Shown here one piece after another: positions 53,851 through 64,000 of a DNA stretch of 64,000 nucleotides. The stretch is from Girardia tigrina (Eukaryota). Numbering within the stretch: the first letter of the stretch is position 1; each line of letters begins with the position of its first letter. The position numbers and the translations under genes are program-made. The stretch lies in contig MQRK01187445.1 in assembly GCA_001938485.1 (NCBI GenBank), forward strand, positions 86,164 to 150,163, in the 5' to 3' direction. The notes under the pieces are model-generated. The model worked only from the letters and a program-made list of their open reading frames with translations, did no database searches and was not told the DNA's origin.

Positions 53851-56800
53851 ACAGTGAGGGGCTACTCACCCATACTGGTCTCCAGAACTTGAAGGCGATG
53901 CAAACTCTTCACTATTTATAGATGAAGGGTGAGGGAGACGCGTCCGGCCACTCAATCGAAAATACCTACAGAAATATCACACATCGGGTTGATGTTGAAC
54001 CCTTAAAAAACTCTGGGGGCTCAGAGTCTCCAGAAATGTCAACACGTGAGGTGGCCTTGGCAAACAGAAAAATTATTTTCAATTAATGAACTATTTTATA
54101 AGTTAAAAGATTATTATAATAGGAAAAAAATCTGAAAAAAGTCATGAATAAATTGTATTATACAAAACTAATTAATTATATCAAATTGTATAACTTCAGC
54201 TCTACACACGGGATATTGTATATCTGATTGTTTTCAGATGCAATTTTGACTCCTTTTTGTACATCTGCGGCAAAAAGTTGAATTTCCACAATTAAATAGT
54301 ATATTTCTTGCGCCATTTCGGAAACAAACTACACAATTTCTGTCTATTTCAGTACCATTTGATATATTTCTAAGAAATACAATCAAATTATCATTCCCTT
54401 AAAATGACAATAGGAGATGGGTTTTGTTTGTGGCAGACTTGATACACTATGATATCTCAGTATTAGATCCCACTGCAGATGTTATATATGAGAGTCTGCT
54501 ACAGAGAATGAGAGTGACTGCTCGATATATTGAACACTTGTGTCTCACTAAACGAGAGATAAGAATAAATGTATTTGGGCAATCACGTCAGTTAGTGACA
54601 AATGCAGGACAGATAGGGCTGATGGTATGTGGATACATTCGAGCTCTGATGGAAGAGCGACCACTTTTTTATATAGACGTTCAGAAACTCAAAAACAGGT
54701 CGCAGCACAACTCATCAGAGTGAAGAAGAAGGGTCCTGTATCAACATGAAGCAGAAGGAGAATTACACCACTCTCAATGCAACTCGTGCAGCGAGAGTAG
54801 AAAGATCAATGACTTTTGCTGAGGTCCGATCATCAACAGTGGACCCGGACATACTTGAGAGGGATATAACAATTTATATCCCACTCTCACAGGCCCATTA
54901 AACGGAGAAATCTGTATATAGGTAGCAAAGTTGTCGAGTCCACTAACCAGGACCCCAGCTTAAGAAAACTATATAAGACTCAACCGAAGAAGGCGGTACA
55001 GTTAATTCTAAATAATACAGTTGCTGACACTACTTCATCGACAGATGCAATCATGGAGCATTTTAGTGCAAAATCGGTTGCCCCCATATCAGCGATCTAG
55101 TGGATACTCTTATAGTTAAGAAAGGCGATCCATTTGATTTTAGGGAGGTTCTGGCTGGTGAAGTGGTGGAAGCGCTGAATAAGGCGAACAACTCATCCCC
55201 GGGTTACTCGAATATAACATATAAAGATATGTTATATTGTGATCCGGTGGGTGCTATGTATACGAAATTGTACAATAGGGTCATTAATATCCGAGTGATC
55301 CCGGAAAGTTGGAAGCAGTTCTTCACAACACTTCCTAAACCGGGAAAGCAAGGTCACTACAATGAAGTGTCTTCTTGGAGACCGATAGCTCTCTTAGAGT
55401 GTGCCTACAAGATATTGGTCACACTTCTAAGAGATCAATTGAACAGATGGATTGTAGAGAATGATCTCCTGCATCCAATGCAGAAAAGTCTGGGACCGCA
55501 TGATGGTTGTGCAGAACACAACTTTCTCATTAGGGCGATCTTGGACAAATACTACTCGCAGTTGGTGGGAGCTGAGTTCCACGCGACAATGTTGGACAAT
55601 GCTGATGCATTTGGTTCAGTGTCGGTGGAAGTCATCCTTAAATTGCTGAGCAGAATGGGTGTAGGAGCAGAATCATGTGACCTGATTAGACAGTTGTACA
55701 AGTACTTTTCGTCGGCGTACAAATACGACAACACGGTGACGGGTCAGATCCCGATTTTGGTGGGAGTGCAACAAGGCTGTCCACTCTCAATGTTGTTATT
55801 TAATATCGCCCGGTCTTACTGGAGTTGGACCAACAATCTTATGGCGGTATGATAATAGCTAATCACCGTGTATGTTGCTTGGCTTATGCTGATGACCTTG
55901 TGCTGCTAGCAGACAATCAGAGTCACATGCAGATGATGGTTAATAAAGCGGTGGAGCTGACCGATATATTAGGGATTAAATTCAGACCTTCCAAATGTGC
56001 ACGGATAGCGATTCCACATAATCCGAATAACAGGATCCAGATATATGGGAGCGCTATCCATGAAATCACAGAAAGTGAATTCGTTGTATATTTGAGAGGT
56101 CATTTTTCAGAAAACATAAGGATCGCACCAGTTGAGATGCTTGCAGAAGTCACAAAGGAAACAGTGAAGATTACAGAGTCTATACTGTTTCCTTGGCAGA
56201 ATCTGCAAGCTTACATGATCTACCTGCACTCCAAGCTCATATTCGCATTCAGGATCTTTTATATTCCATATGGGACCCTAGATGGCAAGAGCTACAGTCT
56301 GGACAATGTGATCAGACTGTTGCATAAGAAGGTGTTGGGACTGCAGAAGAATGCATCAAATGCGTATCACTACACGCCGAAAGAAAATAGGGGGGTCAGC
56401 ATCAAGTCTTTACTTGACGAATACCTGATACAGTCGCTGGCCCACAGTTTCCAAATGATCGCGTGTAGCGATACGACAACAATGGATGCTGCAGTCTTCT
56501 GCCTTCAGCGTGGAGCAACAGGTCCCCGAAAGACACGTCTCTTGTCGATTGAGGCAGCAATACGCTGGCTGAACACTGGGACACAATCGGGAAAGATCAA
56601 AAACTGGTGGGCGAAAATTAAGTTCGCCATACATAAGATTAAAAAACTGCACCAGATTTCAGTAAGTCTGGTGCAGATCGAGCGGGGCATATGCCTACAT
56701 ATACACAAATCTCTGGTGTGGAAAAGGAAATGACCAAACGGTGATATAGAAGTGTTACGAGACGAAACGAACGAAAATATGCTCCTAACCCCCCTCTCTA

Positions 56801-58069
56801 AATCCAGTGTGTCCAAGACAATAAGAAGATTGATTGAGAAATCTTGGACACACAAATGGAATGTACAAAACAGCGCTGGAAGGTTTGCAAGAAGCTTGTA
56901 ATCCACAATTAGTTTCCACAGCGCTGTTTATGGGGAGGGTTGAATTATAGTGAATGGTATTTTTATCATAAAGCGATGACTTACACAGTGCCTGTTAACT
57001 ACCGACCTGGTAGTACTAAGAACGGAGGGCACTGTCGTAGGTGCCCGCACAATAAGGAGACCCTCGCCCATGTACTTACAGAATGTAAGTACAGCGAGGG
57101 ATTTAAAAATTATAGGCACAACTCGGTCCTCTATTGTATAGGGGAGCANNNNNNNNNNNNNNNNNNNNNNNNNNNNNNNNNNNNNNNNNNNNNNAGATAT
57201 GCTCCCTCACAGGACCGAGTTGATCTTCAGGTATACATCCCAGGATCGAGGATCCTGTACCTGATAGATGTGAAATGTCCGTACGACACGAAAAAGAACT
57301 TAGACAACAGCAACAATAAGAACCTTGACCATTACAAGTCTCTTGCTGTTGCTTGTAAGGCAGCAATGCCAAACTCAACGGTGACAGTGGTCACCCTCCA
57401 GGTAGGGTGCCTAGGGACGTTGCCGCAGAGGAGCACTGACATCTTAACAACTCTGAAGATCCCGCAAAAGGTGATAAGACAAATTGCAATTGGCTGCTCT
57501 TTATCCAATGTTAAATACTCAGCAGCCCAATGGTCTTATCACCGAGATGGAATAGTTCCAAGCGGGATCCAGAGAATAAGTAAAATAAATATAGAGAAAT
57601 ATGATGAACCTCAGGAAGGCATGTTGATGATGGAAGAGACAGAATATGAACATGTTGTTCCTGAGGAGGTAGAAGAATTTGATCCGGCCGCCCTGGATGC
57701 ACTCGTGCAATCTTACAGTTATAGAGTAGGAGTGCAACAGGGGGGTGTATTAGAGATTGAGGATCAACCAGAAGATGATCCATCCGATGATGAGCTAGTC
57801 TCCAATCTATATAGGACGAGGATTGGAGATTCATTAGAAGATGTAGATAACTCATCATGGGAGGAGGACCTGGCCTTCGATGAAGAGTTATTAAGGTCGA
57901 ATCAGTGAGCAGAGTGTTGGGTTCGGCGGAGACGTTCACCCAAGTAATGGGTGCGAGTGAAAGAACCCCTGTGGAAACCAGGGCCGGTGCAAATGATACC
58001 TTCAAGTTGATGCATGCGGCGAATTTATTTATGTAAAAACCGGGCACTTTTGCTCACTGACAAAAAAAA
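53851..58069 (+). mobile_element. NeSL/R5-like non-LTR retrotransposon with REL endonuclease, frameshifted
   Basis: RT motifs WRPIALLECAYK, DGCAEHN, LDNADAFGSV, GVQQGCPLSMLLFN and LAYADDLVL. CCHC CRRCPHNKETLAHVLTEC, RHN, and PD-(D/E)xK-type RVDLQV...LIDVKCPYD. A-tail at 58062-58069. The 5' boundary is inferred from the GC/structure transition. Confidence 0.88.
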
Positions 58070-58099
58070 TAATCGCTGCCACTGAACTCTAATGAATTG

Positions 58100-59620
58100 T
58101 TATTCTCGGAACCATCTGAATTTCACCTAAGCCTGGTAAATTATTGTCTGAAAATTTTGGTAATAAATGCTGCATTTCAAGTGGTAATTCATCAAATTGG
58201 AAAAATCGCATTAGGAATTCAAATTCATTTATTTCATTGAAAATCAATTGATCTTTAAGATTTGAAGGCAGTGTGATTAGATATTCTGGATTACTTTGCC
58301 GAGTCGTGATTAAATTGTTAATAATTCATTAAATTTCTAAGTCAAAGTCTTTAATTATTGTATTCAATTTGTCAGTAAAGAACCATGGGTTTGCATGGTG
58401 GACAGCAAAGGTGGTTTTCAATTTCTTGTTAACGGTTTCACTAAAATTTGTTGTTTTACAATTAGAATCAAACAAGCTGATTTATTGTAAATCTCTCAAC
58501 CAAGTCCTAGAAAAATAGTTTTTAAACCATTCAATATTTAATTGATGATTAGGACGACCGATTCGAATGTCTTTCAACTTTTCAAAAGTATATATTATTC
58601 TGTCTGTTGGTAAAAATCCAATATGCAAAACAAATGTACACCGTGCTTTTGCTAATTTATTTTTTGTAAAAAGATTTTTTAAGTGCATTTCCCCATATTT
58701 TTTTTATCACAGCTTGTTTAAAATGAAAGAGACACCCTTGTACATGAATATTAGGAAATGTTGCACACAGAGCAATCAAGGAAGCTCTTCCAAAATCGCC
58801 TATCGTGAGACTTGGTAAAAAAAACGTGGTATCAAATCTCTAATCTTCCAATATATAGCATGATAATGAGCAGTAGAGCGATTTTTCATCAAAACATAGA
58901 ATGTTGGGATGTATCGAGTTCCATGTTCAACGGAAATTATAAAAAGTTGAAAACACATTGAAGGGACGATATAAAATGTACCATCGTAGCATATATTTTC
59001 AAATGAATTTATGTTTTCAATTGTGCTTTCAGAAAAAAATAAAGCTCCAATTATTTGGCCATTAACACTTATATCTCCTTTAAATTTTCATTTAAACCTT
59101 CGAGATTAACAAGATTTGTGCAAATTGCCTCAAAATTTTCAGGAATCGCAGGGAACAATTCAGCTTTTTGCTTGCTCATTCCTCTGCTAACCATAGGGAA
59201 AGACAATTGCGAGGAAATTTCCTGTGGGTACCTAGAACTAACTTCATCAAAAATTTTTCGAAATGTTTTAGACGATTTTGAGGCTTCTTCAAGTAATTCA
59301 ATTTTAAATTTTTTTAATGGCAATTCGTGAGAATCTGGGCTGTGGTTGTGTGGCTACAATACTTTTAATTTATTAATTTTGAGATCAATGACAGCAGAAC
59401 CCATGCAATCCAAATTATAAAATAATTGACACTTCAAATTTATTGTTTGTTTGTTGGACTTTACTTTATAATAGAGAAAAGAATTGACCATGAAATATTT
59501 TGAATTTTTTCGTAGGCCTCCTTTAATTTCAAAATCAATTAAATTTCTGTCATGGTTAGATTCATCCATATTACAATGTAAGAAAATAATAAAATTAATT
59601 AATACTGCTTTTAGCAAATA
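58100..59620 (-). mobile_element. FLYWCH-MULE (Phantom-like) transposase, decayed
   Basis: FLYYK...INLKC....CMGSA...HNH (FLYWCH), CYDGTFYIVP, GDF, GCLFHFKQA, WFKNYF.RTWL and TTNFSETVNKKL...HANPWFF. Confidence 0.85.
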
Positions 59621-59880
59621 TAGCCTTTGTTATGAATAATTCCTAGTTAAAATGTATAAAATAAATATAATTTTGAATAATCACTTACCCACTGAAATGT
59701 ACGGAAGTTTACACTTATCGATTTACTAAAAATTTCAAAAAGGTGATATTTGTATATTACAGTTAATTTAAACAATATTATTTTATTTTAATTGTAATTT
59801 TATTTGATTAAAATGTTTTTTATTTCATTTAATATGATCACAACACTCAAATAGTTTAAAAAATAATGAATAATATATAT

Positions 59881-59988
59881 TGTTGAAATTAGTTCCTTTG
59901 TTGAAATTAGGTCCTTTGTTGTAATTAAATTTTCTGTTGAAATTAGTTCCTTAGTTGAAATTAAATTTTCTGTTGAAATTAATTCTGC
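59881..59988 (-). repeat. Inverted copy of the 18-bp minisatellite, 6 units
   Basis: tgttgaaattagttcctt units, including the same gaa(a/t)atttaatttcaaca variant as the left array. Confidence 0.95.
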
Positions 59989-59994
59989 ACCCCA

Positions 59995-60830
59995 TGAAAA
60001 ACTCTTGACATGCTTGTTCAACTTCATCGAATGCTTCGAATCGCGGCCTTTCAAGAAGTGTTGCATGAATCGAAAGAGGCCATAGTCGGATGGAGCGCAA
60101 TCAGGGCTGTAAGCAGGATGCATCAGGATTTCGACTCTATCCAACTCTTGGAACCTGCCCGTGGTCTTCTTGGCGGTATGCGGCTTGGCATTGTCTTGCT
60201 GAAACAGTGCACGTTTTCGGTTGATTAAGGCAGGGTACATCTCCTTGAGCTTCTCATAGATACGGTCCAGCTGTTGACAATAGAGCTCTGCATTGATTGC
60301 CTGGCCGTTCTGAACCAACTTAAAGTGCACGACTCCCTCAAAGTTCCACCAGACGCACAACATGATTTTCAGGCCAAATCGATCTTGTTTTGGAACTGAC
60401 CGCATTGCTTGACGCGGTGGAACTCATGGCTTGTCTCGGTTGTGGTTGACCAAGTAGACCCAGTTCTAGTCCGACGTCACAATTCGTTTCCACAAGCGGT
60501 CATCTCGTGGATTCTGTAGCAGTTGTCTGTAAATTATGACTCTTTTGTCTGTCTGTGCTTTGGTGAGTTCGTGTGGATCTTGACGCGGTTTCTTGTGTAC
60601 AAAGTCGAGCTGCTTCAAATGCCAAATGTATGGTTGACTTGCAAACTCCAAATTTAAATGCCAAATCGCGAGTGATTGACAAAGGCATCATGTCTAACTC
60701 TGCTTGCAAGTCATCGTTATCCAATTTTGTTGGTCGTCCAGAACGAGGACTGTCATTCAAGTAAAAGTTGCTTTTATTGAAACGCTTGAACCAATCAATT
60801 ACCGTACTTTTTCCGACCATTTGTGTACCT
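59995..60830 (-). mobile_element. mariner (DD34D) transposase remnant, 3' end truncated at the minisatellite
   Basis: STVIDWFKRF, LNDSPRSGRP, IVTSD, KIMLCVWW, FQQDNAKPH and HPAYSPDCAPSDYGLF. Confidence 0.9.
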
Positions 60831-61478
60831 TTTAGGACAACCTAATAATAATCTTTGGGTTTTTTAGATTATTGATTTTTTTCTTTAGTTTGTTGTATTT
60901 TTCTAAAAAAAATCTATTTTATAAGGACTAAAGTTTATCTTGAGTATTAATATTATTGCTTAACAATCTAGAGATTGAAACTGATTAAACTGGATGAAGA
61001 GTAATTCAAATTTAATCTTGAGTTTAAGTGCAGTTGATGCTTCATATTCATAATGATAACCACGAAGAATATTAATAATTAACTTAGAATATTTGAAAAT
61101 ATTAAATAACTATTTATAACTTGCATTTATTGATTTTAAATATCAAGTCTTATTGATATAATAAATGATAAAATTTCAGAGGATTTTATTTCGAATATTA
61201 GGAGATTAAAATTTCTCTAAAAAGTCGATATGTTTCGAATTTGAGATAATTAATTAATTCTGATTTTGCGGACATTTTATATTTAAAAGGTTCCAATCAA
61301 ATTGTTATATATTATTGATATTTTTAAAGTAACAATTGAGATTTTAATGTGGTTCTATTGCATAAAAAATATATTCTTTTATGAATTACTTTTAAATATT
61401 TTTTGTGCAACAATTCCATTATTGGGTTTTGTTTTTATTTTACATATTTAAAAAATTCTGATTTGAATATAAATTCAG

Positions 61479-61562
61479 CAATGTATTGTGTTACAAGAAA
61501 TATACTTGGATGGTGCAGTTGCTAAAGATGGAAGACTGAGGCCTGGAGATCAAATAATATCG
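61479..61562 (+). CDS. LNX: LNX1/2-like exon: C-terminal part of PDZ1
   Basis: Acceptor aaattcag|CAA and donor TCG|gtagac; 84 nt, phase 0-0. QCIVLQEIYLDGAVAKDGRLRPGDQIIS continues PDZ1 in frame directly after ...DTPL. Confidence 0.88.
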
Positions 61563-62207
61563 GTAGACATTTTTCATTTATTTAACTTTTTATAACTTTA
61601 TCAAGATAAGGATTTATTCCTTTCATTAAAAAGTATCAAATAATTAATAGATTTTTTATATTTTGTGTTTGTATTACGTTTATTATCGTTAATACTAATG
61701 CTATATAATTAAGTAATGTACATTTTTACACATCTGATTAGTATTGAGTTATAATTTCATATCGAAAAAATTCCATGATATATATGTTCCCTTTATATCG
61801 CAAGGTTTTATCTAAGAATAAAATCCATTTGATTAGTCTCTTCATTATTTATTTTTATTTATTTACTGAATTAAATATTACTGCAAATCATATGAATAAG
61901 CTATCTGATATCGGAGTGTCCTCGTCGTAATCTTTATAAACGAGTTCAGGAATATAATTGAAACTGATAATAATATTCCTCATCATAGAAATAATTGTTA
62001 ATCAGCAAAGTTGATATAATTAATTTTAAGATTTAGTGTTTGTAAGTAGCGTTTATGCCACTTTCATTATTATCAAATTCCGAAGTCATAATTTACCAAC
62101 ACAAAATTTAATAATATCAACAATTCACATATTTAAACAAATTTCTTGTTAATTCAATTATTTCGCCCAAAATTACTTCATTAATTTTTTTCGATTACAT
62201 TTTGAAA

Positions 62208-62400
62208 ATTTACGAAATTTACACTTTAAAATATATTTACATTTTTTACGAAAATTTTACGAAATTTAAACCTTAAATTATTTTAAATTTTTGTACGAAC
62301 TTTTACGAAATTTAAACCTTAAAATAATTTTACATTTTTTAACGAAAATTTTACGAAATTTAAATTTTAAAATAAATCAAACATTTTTACGAAACTTTAC
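62208..62400 (+). repeat. Degenerate ~46-bp tandem repeat, ~4 copies
   Basis: Recurring ttttacgaaatttaaaccttaaaat...acattttttacgaaa unit. Confidence 0.7.
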
Positions 62401-62523
62401 CATAAAAACTAATTAATTTAAATTTACAATAAACATTTTTATTGAAAAAATTATTTCTTAAAATATTAATCCGTTAATTATTTATTTTAAAATTTATTTA
62501 AACTTATTTCATAACTTTTATTG

Positions 62524-63450
62524 CTGGCGACTAAACTGGCTCCCTCACCCAAAGCAAACTGGGTGGAGAGGGTGTGTGGACACCCAACAGGATTAAAAAC
62601 AAAACCGGGCAAAGGGCGGATGAGCTCATATGAGCCAACGGCCATCCATACCTGGAGAGGAGATAGGTGCCACCAGGTTACCTGTCTATTGATACACCCA
62701 AAAAATATGCAAAACGAAGCCACAAATCACTTTATACCGGATCGATCGCGGCCCGGTAGTCGCGCCTTACATAGACACAAGGCGTCAAGAAGGATAACAT
62801 AGCATGCTCCTGACGGTGTTACTAAGAAACAACTAGACTACATTTTTGTACCTAAGAAATTCAAATCCAGCGTCAACAAAGCCAAAACTAGAACTCTAAA
62901 GAAACCGGACATAGGAAGCGATCATGATCTTGTCATGACAACTTTCAAACTAAAGCTTTCCACAAAAACCAGAACAAAACATCAAAGAGCGCTTTTCGAC
63001 CTTGAAAACTGAAGAATATTAGAATTGGGGACAAATTTCAGAGTGAACTGTTATCCAAATTCGCTCCCTTGCTGCTACTAGAAGACTAGCAGCCACAAAA
63101 GCTCTGTGACGAGTTCACAAACATTATCACAGATACTGCTGAAAGGATTCTGGGAAAAAGACGAAATAAGAAGAAACCATGGATCAGTGGAGAGGTATTG
63201 GAATGCTGTGATAGACGACGTCAACTGAAAAACAAGAGAAATAATGGCGAAGAGCACATGCAAGATTACAGGAAGGTGAACAAGGAAGTTCGGAGACTAC
63301 TGAGGAAAGCCAAAGAGGATTGGACGGAAGAACAAGCAAAATTGATAGAAAGTAGTTTTGAAATAAACAATTCTAGAGAAGCATTCAAGACAATTAAGAA
63401 ACTGACCGATTCAGGAAAAGGACAAATAAATGTAATTGAAGATGTAAACA
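62524..63450 (+). mobile_element. RTE-like LINE fragment (5' UTR joined to the C-terminal APE endonuclease and linker)
   Basis: T.HAPDG.TKKQLDYIFV, DIGSDHDLVM..FKLKL, KKPWIS.EVLECCDRRRQLK and NNSREAFKTIKKL. Confidence 0.82.
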
Positions 63451-63519
63451 GATTTCGAAGACTACAAACCTTCTAAGCCTAGTTGCATATCGTGTGGCGA
63501 GTATCGAGGTAAAGATGGA

Positions 63520-63990
63520 ACACACTAAATGAAAGAACCTTATCTGTGTGTTTTACGGCAGACTGTCAATTTCATGTGAATTCCTAGTGGAATCAGTGCA
63601 ATTGGGCGCCGTCAGTGTGATGAGACAGCACTGACAAACTGGCATTTATTTTTTAATGATTATATCTTATGTATGAAAGTGGCTTGAAAGATTAACAAAG
63701 CACCAAGTGAGAAGGTCGATTTCATCATTAGCCGAGAAGAACTATCAACATATTTTGGTGTGTGTATTTTGATTAGCGTTTATAAAGGTAGTGAGCCAAT
63801 CAGGGCAATGTGGTCAGCTTCAAAAGGTCGTCCTTGCATCAACCAATTTATGTCTCGCTCGACATTGCACTAATTGCTCATTATCTACGATTCGACTTGA
63901 CAAGTACCAGACAAAGTCGTAGACAGCAGATAGAATTTGCTCCTTTGGGTTCATTTTATGACATGTGGTCTCAAACACTCTCAAGGCCAC
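63520..63990 (+). mobile_element. piggyBac transposase fragment
   Basis: EELSTYFGVCIL...GSEPIRAMWS..KGRP....MSR...HYLRFD...R..R....FAP. Confidence 0.8.
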
Positions 63991-64000
63991 AATAAATATG

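Noticed and set aside
53940-54070. Canonical HDV-like ribozyme
   Set aside because: A P1-like ggccac/gtggcc pair exists, but no proper P3/L3, P1.1 or P2 could be assigned; kept only as a structured leader.

Overview
Very AT-rich animal (eukaryotic) genomic DNA, probably a planarian or other flatworm. That is inferred from base composition, (TA)n-bounded 50-N assembly gaps, a ~50-nt minimal intron and the TE repertoire. The window carries four coding exons of one + strand host gene, an LNX1/LNX2-like RING-zinc finger-PDZ E3 ubiquitin ligase: 18354-18514, 41288-41724, 41776-41891 and 61479-61562. The splice phases are consistent; the first and later exons were not found. The region upstream and the two very large introns (22.8 and 19.6 kb) are filled with decayed transposons: hAT and hATm-like, Tc1/mariner (DD34D, DD34E, DD41D), pogo, piggyBac, MULE, Gypsy and RTE. 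The second large intron holds the most interesting material. (i) A 5'-truncated Penelope-like element bounded by inverted pLTRs, each carrying a minimal hammerhead ribozyme. (ii) A NeSL/R5-like REL-endonuclease retrotransposon with a degenerate Ulp1-like domain, an unusual ~105-aa acidic tail and highly structured 5' and 3' ends. It is nested inside (iii) a FLYWCH-MULE (Phantom-like) element whose ends appear to be inverted 18-bp minisatellite arrays. (iv) An antisense Kv-channel T1-domain-only ORF. All family assignments come from motif recognition by eye; no searches were run.
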